This document shows, one piece after another, positions 1 through 11,144 of a stretch of 41,430 nt of DNA. Source of the stretch: Catajapyx aquilonaris. Taxonomy: Eukaryota. The notes beneath the pieces were generated by a model. That model did not search any database. It was given only the letters and a program-made list of their open reading frames with translations, and was not told where the DNA came from. Location of the stretch: contig JYFJ02003447.1 of assembly GCA_000934665.2 (NCBI GenBank), forward strand, positions 1-41,430, read 5' to 3'. The position numbers and the translations under genes were made by a program. Within the stretch, counting starts at the first letter, position 1; every line of letters starts with the position of its first letter.

Positions 1-10
1 CGGGCGGGAA

Positions 11-110
11 CGCGTAGCGCCGAAGGCGCGCCAATTGGGGCGCAGCCCCAAGGGGGGGTGTGGGGGGGCGGAGCCCCCCCGCCTCGCAAAGCGAGTCTTA
101 TAATATATAA
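11..110. mobile_element. Cluster of short GC-rich hairpins, possible end of a rolling-circle (Helitron-like) or other non-autonomous element
   Basis: Hairpins gcgcc-gaa-ggcgc (17-29), ttggggc-gca-gccccaa (35-51), gggggggc-gga-gccccccc (62-80), ctcgc-aaa-gcgag (83-95), followed by an AT-rich tcttataatatataa. The other end would lie outside the window. Confidence 0.35.
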
Positions 111-337
111 TTGGCTAGGTGAGTCCATGGTGACTCATGAACTACGTCACGGTCTTATAATATCCAGGTCTGGAAACGTCCCCTCTTATCATCTGTATAA
201 TTGGCCCCTTGCAACTCCTACACTGGTACTTACAGAGTCTCCGGCAGCTCAGAATTTGGCGCTGGCATCGCTCACATGGGGCTGTGTTGCCACGTTTTTG
301 GTTCAATTGTTTCAGCTGTTCAATCATTGTGTTTCAG

Positions 338-2835
338 GCACTCTTCGCCCACCGTTGTTAGCACTGTTGCCTGTAAGTACTGTAAGCATCCTGCACCTGG
401 TGTGGGACAAGTGCAAGGAAGTTTACAGCCGCTTGATGGAAGTGCACAGGTTCGTCCAGACCATACCACACCACTTTGCCGACTCGTACACCGAGGAATT
501 GTTGGAACTGGCCGAACACGCCTACAACTCGGACATCAAGCTGGACCTGTGCGGAGCGTTTCATCGTAAGTGCACGCGACTCAGCACAGACCAGTCATGG
601 AACACGTTCACAGTAGAGGAGGCCATCAACCACCTCCCGATCATGAGGAACCTGACCTACGCTGAAATACACACCGTCACCATGACCAGCGTCGCCAGAC
701 TGGTTCAGAGCCTGCCGTACCTGAACAAGCTTCAGACTCTGAACGTCCCGGCGTCTAGCATCACGGACAAGCACGACCTGGCTACTGTCCTGTCCAACCA
801 CTGCCCGCACCTGCGGGAGCTGCACTTCAAGTGGGACTTGACCACCCAGCACCAGTTCACTCTGGCCAGCTGTACCAACCTGCAGAGCGTGTCCGTAGTG
901 TACCTGGGGGACAGCCTGGCGAAGGTCGTCCACATCCTGGACACCGTCCCGCAACTGGCGACGCTCTACTGTCAGAACAAGCTGATCGCTCAGGTGATTC
1001 AGGTACGTCAACAATCATCACATCTGTAGAACTGGGGTCTGTGCCTCTGTTTGTCGGCGTTGAGGTGCTTAAGAGAGAATGTCCTGTCTGTCTGTCTGTC
1101 TGTCTGTCCATTGATTGGACAGACATAAACATGATGTTCCATCGACAGGGACGGAGTGACCGGTCTTACGGACTCAAGAAGCTGGGGTTGAACTTCAAGA
1201 CCCCGGCGCACATTCTGCCCCGTCTGGTCAGCACCTTCCCGAAACTGGCCGAGATCTCCCTGCTGTGCCTTCAGGACGCCCCCCTGACCCCATTGAACGA
1301 CCTGCTGCACCTGAGGCTGCTGAGCGTCTGCCAGTCCACGGCCGAGAGGATACGGGAGCTGACCCCGTGTCTGACCCGCCTGACCACCCTGGAGCTGGAG
1401 GGGGTCGAGCGAGTGGACGTCGCGCTGTCCCTCCAGATGTCGTCGCTGCCCAACGTCACGGAACTCTCGGTGTCTGGCTGCACCTACCTGGACATCGAGC
1501 AGCTGTGGTAATTGTTTGTTATATCCGATACAGTACTAGCAGCGGAGCCCGTTCTTCGCATGATCCATATAGTAATCAACAACAACTCTGCCAAATGATG
1601 CCACCAATTATTACGCCTACAATGCGGTCCTCATTGTGCACCGCAGGCCAACGAACGTTACTGTGGCTTTGCCAAGCGCGAAGTTTACCTTCACACAGTC
1701 CGTTAAACCAACGAACGACATGACGTCACAATCCTCCCTCCTCCACTCGGCTCTTCCCTCCAACCATGTCCACGACTCTCTGCAGACATGCTGCAACTGC
1801 ACATGCTCAGAAAACATGGCTGGTGTTACATCATGTCGTTCTTAGGGTTAACGAACTGCAGCAACCATCATATAAAATTAGCGTTAAATTAATAATGCGT
1901 TGCAACTCTATAGGTGCTTGTTTCCGAACCTAACGTCGCTCATCATCTGCGAGTGCTCCATGGCCCCTCGTCTGCCCAAGATGGGGATGCTGGACACTCC
2001 GTTCAGGCACCTGAACAGCCTGGCCATCAAGGATCCTGAGGACCACCTGAACACGATCCACCTCCGCTGCCTGACGTCGCACTGCACGGACATCACGGTC
2101 CTCGTGATGGACCACGGGAGCTTTCTGACCGACGCCATCTTCACGGAGATGATCAGCGACAATCCCATGAGGAGTCTGAGCCTCCTGGACCTGGACTGCT
2201 CCGGGTTGACACTCGAGATACTACCTGTCGTGTTCAACGGGTTCGGGACTGACCTCACGTCCGTGTCAATACATTTCTACGAGCTGGAGGAGTCGGCCGA
2301 GGAGGTGGCGGTGACCTTCAGCAGGTACGAACACTACTCGAAGCAGATCAATGTCAGTCTGGTGGTCGGCGAGTTAGACGAGAGCGACGAGGAGGACGAG
2401 GGTGAGGCGCAGAACGGAGAGGACAACGACACGTCGGACTACGAGAGCGATACGGAACAGAACGGCGAAGAGAGCGAGCAGGAGGACAACTCCGACGACG
2501 AAAATGACAACGGCGAAGAGGAAGATAACGACGAAGAGGAAGATAACGACGAAGAGGATGATAACGACGAAGAGAGCGATCAGGAGGACAACTCCGACGA
2601 CGAAAATGACAACTACGAAGAGGAAGGTAACGGTGAAAGCGACGCTGAAAACAGTTCAGACGACGAGGACTACGTTTACTACCAGTGTCCGACTGCTGAC
2701 ACAGGAGCTGACAACGACGTCCAGCCGGACAACTTCCAGAGTGACGCGAATGACAACGCGACCTTCCTAATATCATGGCACCGAATCGACATGCCAGATG
2801 AAGTCATTAACGAGGTGGCGGTGATGAGAATGTAG
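338..2835 (+). CDS. Intracellular RNI-like (F-box/LRR-type) leucine-rich repeat protein with Asp/Glu/Asn-rich C-terminal tail; 5' start uncertain
   Basis: Exons ~338-1002, 1149-1507, 1914-2835 joined by frame-preserving GT-AG introns (1003-1148 phase 0; 1508-1913 phase 2, TG|G=Trp). LRR motifs HCPHLRELHF, FPKLAEISL, LPNVTELSVSGC, FPNLTSLII. Clear paralog of 37641-39227 (FVQTIPHHFADSY/FVIFIPPSLANQY; DNPMRSL/NNPMRKL; VFNGFG/VFNYFG). In-frame ATGs at 127 and 436; acceptor tttcag|gcact at 337/338. Confidence 0.75.
1084..1108. repeat. (CTGT)n microsatellite in intron
   Basis: ctgtctgtctgtctgtctgtctgtc. Confidence 0.9.
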
Positions 2836-3929
2836 TAGTTCAGGCTGAGGATGTCTTAACAAGAAGAATGGACATCCAGAAATTTTCATCAATATAATTA
2901 ATTATGTCTTTTTATAACACGTACCGGTACGCTACCGATAATGTGGTCTCTGAATGAAATTGAAGTATACCAAGAATGTGCAGACTCGGTGTTGTTGCAC
3001 TCTATTCATTTCTAGAGAAGACTAGTCGAGGACTCGTTGCCAAATTTTGGCAACACTGCTTGGCCCACCCCCCACTTGGAAGTAGTACATAAGCCCCTAC
3101 CAGTTGGCGCATAGGCTGTCCCTCTGCACACTACTGCCACTCTCAGGCGGAACGTGGAAAGTAGTACTACATGCACGTTGGTGATGAGTCACCGCGCGGA
3201 CAAAGCCCACCAGGGTGCTATACCCACCAGCGCGAGTCTCGCATCCATTGCAGTGGGTCCAACCCTCTCTGACCGCTATAATTATGTCCTCTCATTGTTG
3301 AACGGGGAACGTGAAAAACTATGTCATAAGGTACCGGTACCTACATGTGATAGAGTCAACAAGAATAAAGAAGCTCACAGTTCGCGCAAATTGTACGTTA
3401 TGGCCGACATTTTGCGACGTTGCCAAGCTGTTGCCAAGTCTCTGGAATGAACCTTGTTGTCGGAACAATGGACTTGCCCATGTGTGGGTGCGCACTCGGT
3501 TGCGCTCGTAAAAAGAATTCACCTATACAGTATTGCCATATTGGAATTATTCTTCCGATTTGTCACCCGTGATATTGTCACTGGCCTGGGCACCATCCCC
3601 TTCAGCTTTCTTATCACCACAGTGACCTGCCAAGGCCTCGTGGCGAGGCATCACATGGGTCATAAGCATTTCAATACGGATCGGTGGTCTGTCGGTATAG
3701 AGGTGAGATAGATGGACACACGAATGTTTACGAAGGCCAATGCTATTGACAATCAATGCAGAAGTGGACTTATTCAAATAAAATCGGGCTTTTAAACGAT
3801 CACGCAAATACTGGCCATCCTGTTTGAATATTGATGTCAATAAGGCAAGGGCATGGTGGAATATCGGATGATTAATGACCCTCAATTATCGGTACCTTCA
3901 TGCAGAGTTAGTCCGGAGAAGTTGTGAAC

Positions 3930-5774
3930 ATGGCTGCCTGGTTGCCCCTCCTGACCACCTTGACCTTCCTCAGTGACCAACCAGCACAACAAGTGTCCAG
4001 TTTCCTCTCCAGAATCTTGCACGACGTTCCGTCCAGGTGTCCACTAGTCATCGGACACGATGTGGTCGGGACACTCCCATTTCAGACGCTACTGACAACT
4101 CAAGAGGCCCTGGACCGACCATTGCTGGTGTCTTCTTTGCCCAAATCTGACCTGAACTGCACTGCTGCCCTTTCCACCAACGACATCTCCACATTATCCA
4201 GTATGAACAGACCATTGTGCGCAATCCACTTCATAACGTCCTGCGGTCGTAATATGCCTGAATTGTTAGACCACATGTACGACGAAGGTGTGATTGACGT
4301 CCGGAAGACACAAGATCTGTTTGTCATCTGGGTAAGAGACGAACCACACTTTGTCCCGACGAGTTTGTCCGAACTGAAATTCAAAGTGTCCGTTCAATTC
4401 GACACCAACTTCGTCATGTCCCTAACGGTTGTCTGTTACTTCTGCAACAATGGACACCACACGATCCAACAGTTAGACCAACAGTCGCCAGCAAATGTCA
4501 TTTTTGCAGAACGAGCCAACAATTTTCACGGAAAGACTTTGAACACTGTTTATCCCTTGAACATTTCAATGTCTGATTGCAACACATATTGGACTGAAAA
4601 ATCGGTGAGGATACACCACGTATGCTTCATGCAACGTGAACTTAACTTCAAATGGAAGTTGCTATTTTCTGGATCTATTGACGCAAAATCGACGAGGAGA
4701 ATTTTCGCCGAATATGTCAATGGTAATATAGATTTCGGCATAGCCATGCCAGTAGTACATAGCTATTATACTCTTGCCGCCTACATAACGTATCATGACT
4801 GGGGACGATTGACCTTTGTGACTCGTAGGGCAAAAGATGTCGTAACATCAACCGCATTTTTGTATGCTTATCAATCAGAACCATGGATTCTGATCTCCTT
4901 TTCTCTGTTTATGACCTCTGCTGTCATGCTAATAATCAGAATAGTATACCATAGCAATTACCCTGCACAGAATATTAACAAAGCTAGTTTCGCATCATTG
5001 TTTGGTCAACTGTGCAAAGTGTTTGTTGAGCAGTATCCCTCTGCACCAAAAGTGTCTTCAATTCGTTTGTTGTCTATCTCTTGGGTTTTGTTCTCGTTCA
5101 TTTTAGGCGTCGGATACAAAACCAACCTGCTCTCTTACCTGTTGTATCCTCCCAAAGAATCGCTACCGACCAATGCAGAAGATATCGAAAATGAAAAATT
5201 CCACATCTTCTGGGACAGGAATGAATTCCAAGGTGTGGAAAATGTACTAGTTGATTCTGACCATGCTGACATAGACCACGGTTTGCAATATGCGATGGAC
5301 CAAGCCATATTGGTGGACGACACCAACATTTGCATGAACATGACTCTGGAAGGAGACAACGTCTGTGTAACCACCGACTATATGTTTAGCCGCATTAATC
5401 GTAACTTTCTGGACAGAAATGGCGATTTGACAGTGAAGCTATCGGATTACAGCTACTTGAACATGCCTTACTCCATGTTGTTCATGAAAGATGAAGTGTA
5501 CATCGATCGCTTCGATTGGTTGATGCAAATGTACAACTCGATGGGACTTCTGCTGAAGAGCAAGAGTCTGTCTCAGCACATGAAGTCTTGGAAGGCTGCA
5601 AGGCGACATGAGCAATTAACAGCTCTTAACAAGGAAGGAAGAGAGAAATTGTCTATGAGGAGATTGGAAGGGGCATGGATTGTTCTGATTGGCGGAATCT
5701 GCATGTCTTTATTGGCTGAAATATCACTGATGTTCAAGAAGTTCATAGTCATTTTTCGAAATTGGGTTCAATAA
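3930..5774 (+). CDS. Divergent ionotropic receptor (variant iGluR, chemosensory IR), intronless, copy A
   Basis: ATG at 3930; signal-peptide-like MAAWLPLLTTLTFLS; S1 start NFHGKTLNTVY; M1 preceded by FLYAYQSEPWILI; M3 SIRLLSISWVLFSFILGVGYKTNLLSYL (SYTANL-like); M4 KLSMRRLEGAWIVLIGG. About 614 aa in one exon, as is typical of divergent IRs. Confidence 0.88.
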   Translation: MAAWLPLLTTLTFLSDQPAQQVSSFLSRILHDVPSRCPLVIGHDVVGTLPFQTLLTTQEALDRPLLVSSLPKSDLNCTAALSTNDISTLSSMNRPLCAIHFITSCGRNMPELLDHMYDEGVIDVRKTQDLFVIWVRDEPHFVPTSLSELKFKVSVQFDTNFVMSLTVVCYFCNNGHHTIQQLDQQSPANVIFAERANNFHGKTLNTVYPLNISMSDCNTYWTEKSVRIHHVCFMQRELNFKWKLLFSGSIDAKSTRRIFAEYVNGNIDFGIAMPVVHSYYTLAAYITYHDWGRLTFVTRRAKDVVTSTAFLYAYQSEPWILISFSLFMTSAVMLIIRIVYHSNYPAQNINKASFASLFGQLCKVFVEQYPSAPKVSSIRLLSISWVLFSFILGVGYKTNLLSYLLYPPKESLPTNAEDIENEKFHIFWDRNEFQGVENVLVDSDHADIDHGLQYAMDQAILVDDTNICMNMTLEGDNVCVTTDYMFSRINRNFLDRNGDLTVKLSDYSYLNMPYSMLFMKDEVYIDRFDWLMQMYNSMGLLLKSKSLSQHMKSWKAARRHEQLTALNKEGREKLSMRRLEGAWIVLIGGICMSLLAEISLMFKKFIVIFRNWVQ

Positions 5775-6609
5775 ATGCATTGAGGTCTGGAAGAGTACTT
5801 TGTATCTAGTTGACAAGACAAATATTATGGTATAAAGAAATGTTCGCCCAATGAGGGCAATGCAAATTATTCAACATATACCTGGAAATCACATTTTGGA
5901 TTGTCTTAATAATTTGGAAGCTATTTTTTCTGTAATGGTTATATCAATATATTTATTGTAATCCACCTGTTCAGTATTCATGTGCGAAGTATAATCCTTT
6001 AACCTTGATTAACAAACAATTAGTTCAGAATTATACTGTATAGGTGTTTTAAAATACACTACCAGTTGCACTATATGTGAATTATCCACATCCCACTATG
6101 ATTGTGTATGACCACATCACTATATGGGCTTCAAAATCTTCATGTATGGAATAAAGTGCTTGTCTGAAATCGATGTAACTTATGTAGCACGTATTTAGCT
6201 ATATATTAACACAATATTTAATACTCCATAATATGTGATCCATATTGCTCTGTGCATTGCAAGATGGAAATAATAATTGGGACCGTTACTTAATTATTTT
6301 GGTAAAAAATTGAGTTGGAGGAAATACTGCAAGTCTTTACTGAATTAACTCCCTGAATTTATTAGTAAATTCAGCCCAAAATAACTGGTATGCATGGTCC
6401 AAGTTATTTTGAGCCTAATTTACCACAAACACGGGTTTCCCTTGCAATATGTCTTCTAACTCCATTTCCTCCTTACTGTCCGCTTTCTTACATTTGGGGG
6501 GGGGGGGGGNGGGCTTTTCTATTAACAGAAAATACCCTCTTTTGGGGTAGGATGTTAGAATTTCCCCCCGACTTTTCCTTCTGGGGGAAATAAAAAACCG
6601 GTGTTCTTC

Positions 6610-7330
6610 CTACCTTAAGCAGCTTTCTTGCTGCCTGCACATGATCAATGTTTGCCACTGTCTCATCTGGTACTGGATAATTCCTTGTGTCTTTTAGTAA
6701 CCCTTGTCAAACATCATCTACTATTCTTTTGACTGATTCCCTAGCATTACCCCTTTCGCCCAACACTTTCCTCTTTTGCACAATTTCTTTCAATGAATTT
6801 TTCTCTCTTCTTGCAAAGTAGTGTCATCTATTGCAATGCCAATCATGCTTGGGACAGTGTGGGGTTTTGTGCCAAATACTCAATGTATGTGCTTGCCTTA
6901 ACCAAATTATCAGAACAGGTGCATGAAACCTAATGGATACACACATTACACTTATCACACAACATAGGGCAAGCAAGCCCTTTGCACAAAATGATCTGGA
7001 TTTTCTTCTTCGACTGCGTGTATTTTCCCACTTCCTTCCTCTGAGACCTGCCACGACATTTTCTCACTCATCAAGATACACTTCAACTTAGAGCCCTCTT
7101 TATGCTGTCTCCTCAAATCAGCAATTTTGGAAGTCAACTTCCCCATCTCCAATTTAATTTTGGCGTCAAATTCTTTATCAAGGAGAAATTCTTCCAGCAC
7201 AGCGATGCACTTATCCACACGCTTACACTTCTTACCCCCCATGTATACATGTACTTCAGTTTCTGGTGGTAAGACTCTAAGAACATATTTGTATAGACGT
7301 ATGCTTATGTCCAAGTATGTACAGCTCCAA
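6610..7330 (-). mobile_element. Degenerate Mutator/MULE transposase fragment (C-terminal catalytic Glu region plus SWIM zinc finger)
   Basis: Across frameshifts the minus strand reads YTNMFLESYHQKLKYMY (MULE TN..ES.H..LK motif), YMGGKKCKRVDKCIAVLEEFLLDKEFDAKIKLEMGKLTSKIADLRRQH, then CDKCNVCIH*VSCTCSDNLVK and a shifted KHIH (SWIM CxCx..CxH). Contains stops and frameshifts. Confidence 0.75.
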
Positions 7331-8013
7331 TTCGCCTGGAGAAGATCAGAAGCGAGCAATGGGGCGACCGCACCTACCAGATTCTGTCGAAATACCCGAT
7401 GGCCTGAAAAGAGGGAGATTGATCCAGGTGTGTTGAAATTCTGCCAGGTGAAAGATGACCTGTCCAAGTCAGATGCCAGAACCCCTAATCCCAATACCGA
7501 GTTTCCCAGTAGACCCAGGGCGGCATAGAATGTCCGACGTGAATTTTTTTCCTTCGCAGGTCCACCACTGGGGCACCTACCTTATTTATTTATTTATTTA
7601 TTTATTTTACACCTCCTGCTCAGATTTCTATTCAATAAATAGATTACTATAATTAGAAGTAGCCATTTCTACACTGTCCCTTATGCCAGGTTTCAACTGC
7701 TGAAGGTCATTCCTGACATTGACCTTCTAGCCAAGGTGACCTGCCAAGATATCACATGAGTCATACGCAGCTCAACACGGATCGGTAGTCTGATGTGACA
7801 CAGATGGACACACGAATGTTTACGAAGGCTAATGCTATTGACAATCAATGCAGAAGTGGACTTATTTAAAAAAAATCGGGCTTACGATCACGCAAATACT
7901 GGCCAGCCTGTTTGAATATTGATGTCAATAAGGCAAGGGCATGGTGGAAGGTCGGGTGACTAATGACCATCAATTATCGGTACCTGCAGAGGTAGTCCGG
8001 AGAAGTAGTGAAC

Positions 8014-9855
8014 ATGGCTGCCTGGTTGCCCCTCCTGACCACCTTGACCTTCCTCAGTGACCAACCAGCACAACAAGTGTCCAGTTTCCTCTGCAGAATC
8101 TTGCACGACGTTCCGTCCACGTGTCCACTAGTCATCGGACACGACGTGGTCGGAACACTACCATTTCAGACCCTACTGACCACTCAAGAGGCCCTGGACC
8201 GACCATTGCTGGTGTCTTCTTTGCCCAAATCTGATCTGAACTGCACTGCTGCCCTTCCCACCAATAACGACATCTCCACATTGTCCGGTATGAACAGACC
8301 ATTGTGCGCAATCCACTTCATAACATCCTGAGGTCGTAATCTGCCCGAATTGTTAGACCACATGTACGACGAAGGTGTGATTGACGTCCGGAAGACACAA
8401 GATCTGTTTGTCATCTGGGTAAGAGACGAACCAGAATTTGTCCCGACGAGTTTGTCCGAACTGAAATTCAAAGTGTCTGTTCAATTCGACACCAACCTCG
8501 TCATGTCCCTAACGGTTGTCTGTTACTTCTGCAACAATGGACACAACACGATCCAACAGTTAGACCAACAGTCGCCAGCAAATGTCATTTTTGCAGAACG
8601 AGCCAACAATTTTCACGGAAAGACTTTGAACACTGTTTATCCCTTGGACATTTCAATGTCTGATTGCAACACATATTGGACTGAAAAATCGGTGAGGATA
8701 CACCACGTATGCTTCATGCAACGTGAACTTAACTTCAAGTGGAAGTTGCTATTTTCTGGATCTATTGACGCAAAATCGATGAGGAGAGTTTTCGCCGAAT
8801 ATGTCAATGGTAATATAGATTTCGGCATAGCCATTCCAGTAGTACATACCTATTATACTCTTGCCGCCTACATAACGTATCATGACTGGGGACGATTGGC
8901 CTTTGTGACTCGTAGGGCAAAAGAGGTCGTAACATCAACCGCATTTTTTGGTGCTTATCAATCAGTACCGTGGATTCTGATCTGCTTTTCTCTGGTCATG
9001 ACCTCTGCTGTCATGCTAATAATCAGAAGAGTATATCATAGTAATTATCCTGCGCAGAATATTAACAAAGCCAGTTTCGCATCATTGTTTGGTCAACTGT
9101 GCAAAGTGTTTGTTGAGCAGTATCCTTCTGCACCAAAAGTGTCTTCAATTCGTTTGTTGTCTATCTCTTGGGTTTTGTTCTCGTTCATTTTAGGCGTCGG
9201 ATACAAAACCAACCTGTTCTCTTACCTGTTGTATCCTCCCAAAGAATCGCTACCGACCAATGCAGAAGATATCGAAAATGAAAAATTCCGCATCATCTGG
9301 GACAGGAATGATTTCCATGCTGTGGAAAATATACTACTTGATTCTGACCATGCTGACATAGACCACGGTTTGCAATATGCGATGGACCAAGCCATATTGG
9401 TGGACGACACCAACATTTGCATGAACATGACTCTGGAAGGAGACAACGTCTGTGTAACCACCGACTATATGTTTAGCCGCATTAATCGTAACTTTCTGGA
9501 CAGAAATGGCGATTTGACAGTGAAGCTATCGGATTACAGCTACTTGAGCGCGCCTTACTCCATGTTGTTCATGAAAGATGAAGTGTACACCCATCGCTTC
9601 GATTGGTTGATGCAAATGTACAACTCGATGGGCCTTCTGCTGAAGAGCAAGCGTCTGTCTCAGCACATGAAGTCTTGGAAGGCTGCAAGGCGACATGAGC
9701 TCCTAACCGCCCTTAACAAGGAAGGAAGAGAGAAATTGTCTATGAGGAGATTGGAAGGGGCATGGATTGTTCTGATAGGCGGGATCTGCATGTCTTTATT
9801 GACTGAAATATCACATGCAGACATGAAGTTCATTCGTCCAAATTGGGTTCAATAA
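8014..9855 (+). pseudogene. Divergent ionotropic receptor copy B with one in-frame premature stop (TGA 8329-8331); pseudogene or readthrough gene
   Basis: Near-identical to 3930-5774 over its full length. TGC(Cys) in copy A is TGA here, and the frame stays open for ~500 further codons to TAA at 9853-9855. The 5' flank (7800-8010 vs 3710-3925) and part of the 3' flank (9900-10025 vs 6175-6300) are also duplicated. Confidence 0.85.
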
Positions 9856-10519
9856 ATTGAGGTCTGGAATAGTAGTAGGCCTATCAATGCAACTTATGCA
9901 GGACGTGTTTAGCTGTATTATTAACACAGTATTTACTCTATAATATGTGATCCACATTGCTCTGTGCATTGCAAGCTGGAAATAATAAATCGATCCAATT
10001 TATGATGGCACCGTTACTTAATTATTTCTGCAAAAAACACTATACAAAAGAACCGAACTGACATGAATTTTTAATGTTCTACTAGTTGAGCCTAAAAATG
10101 ATACTGTACCTGTTGGCTCCAGGTACATGCTGCAATGTGTATTAATTTTTCTTCAGTTATTATTCCCATAAATTTCACGTTCAAAAATTATGGTGTTACA
10201 CTTTTACGGTACACAGGATACGATACTGTGCAGGGCAGCCAACAGAAATCATGATTAGTGGATTTGGCAGGTTTGCTTACGAGTTGCATTAAAATTTGAA
10301 TAATAATTTATAATAATTTATAAAAACATTTCTGTGGGTTAAACTTAGCCATATTGCGTCACAGATCTCCCCCTCCCCTCTCTCACATTGGAATCGCCCA
10401 ACTACCCTCAATAAGCTACGAAACAGTCACTAAATCTATTAATTATCATTTGAATTAATGTTTAAAAAATGTAACATTAAAACGTGATTAAATTGACTCA
10501 ACCATATTGGGTCCTGCAT

Positions 10520-10940
10520 ATTCGGCCATTTTGTGTCCTTCATCCGTTGGCCAAACTTGTCAGTTACGCTGTTAAGTTAATTTTTCAAATCGTATTATTA
10601 ATCGTATATGCCAATTAGCACAATCAGGTTTTTAATTATATTAATTGATCGTATTCCGCCATGTTGGGTCCCAACTTGTCCGCCATTTTGTTTCCGTCAT
10701 TTCTTATTTTTTTTGTATGTTCCTTTTCGTCCATCTTGAAGATGGACTCATTAAATTTTGTTAATTAGTTGTTAAATATAAGGCTGTGCATTGTTTAATT
10801 TGGGCATGTCGTGTGGTGTTAAATTCCGTCCATTTTGGTTCCCACCTGAGGTCGATTCTGCTCCCAACCAACTCCTTCAACGCTCGACGCATGCGCACTC
10901 CGGATATCGAATCTTCCATTGAATGATCGGCCATCTTTTG
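10520..10940 (+). promoter_or_regulatory. Probable promoter region of the ZDHHC5/8 gene
   Basis: Repeated YY1-type C(C/G)GCCATNTT motifs (~10522, 10636, 10680, 10928) and an NRF1-like cgcatgcgca (~10888), just upstream of a GC-rich 5' leader. Motif function is inferred. Confidence 0.45.
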
Positions 10941-11041
10941 CTTCCTTCGGGAGAGACTCCCTTCCTTCCTTCCCTGCCCCAGGTTTGGAGCCATCCCCCA
11001 GGACTTTCCTGTGCCCCGTCCCTCCTCCTCCCTTTGGTGAG

Positions 11042-11077
11042 ATGATGATGATGATGATGATGACCATCCGGAGGTAG
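11042..11077 (+). promoter_or_regulatory. (ATG)7 microsatellite forming a uORF (MMMMMMMTIRR*) in the presumed 5' UTR of ZDHHC5/8
   Basis: atg x7 acc atc cgg agg tag, ending 67 nt before the ATG at 11145. Confidence 0.5.
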
Positions 11078-11144
11078 GGCAGCCGCCGCCGCCGCCTCGA
11101 GAAGGGGCTGCCCCAGCCAGAAGGAGCGAGGCCAAGTGGCAGCC

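Noticed and set aside
58..337. N-terminal part of the 323-aa ORF
   Set aside because: Runs through the hairpin cluster and intron-like sequence (gtgagt at 119, acceptor at 337); similarity to the paralog begins only after ~338
2354..2776. Arg-rich antisense and Thr/Arg-rich alternative-frame ORFs
   Set aside because: Shadow frames of the acidic low-complexity coding tail
8329..8331. Selenocysteine recoding of the TGA aligned to Cys
   Set aside because: No SECIS-like stem-loop recognised by eye in 9856-10100, no redox motif, and TGC->TGA needs only one substitution; a SECIS search would settle it
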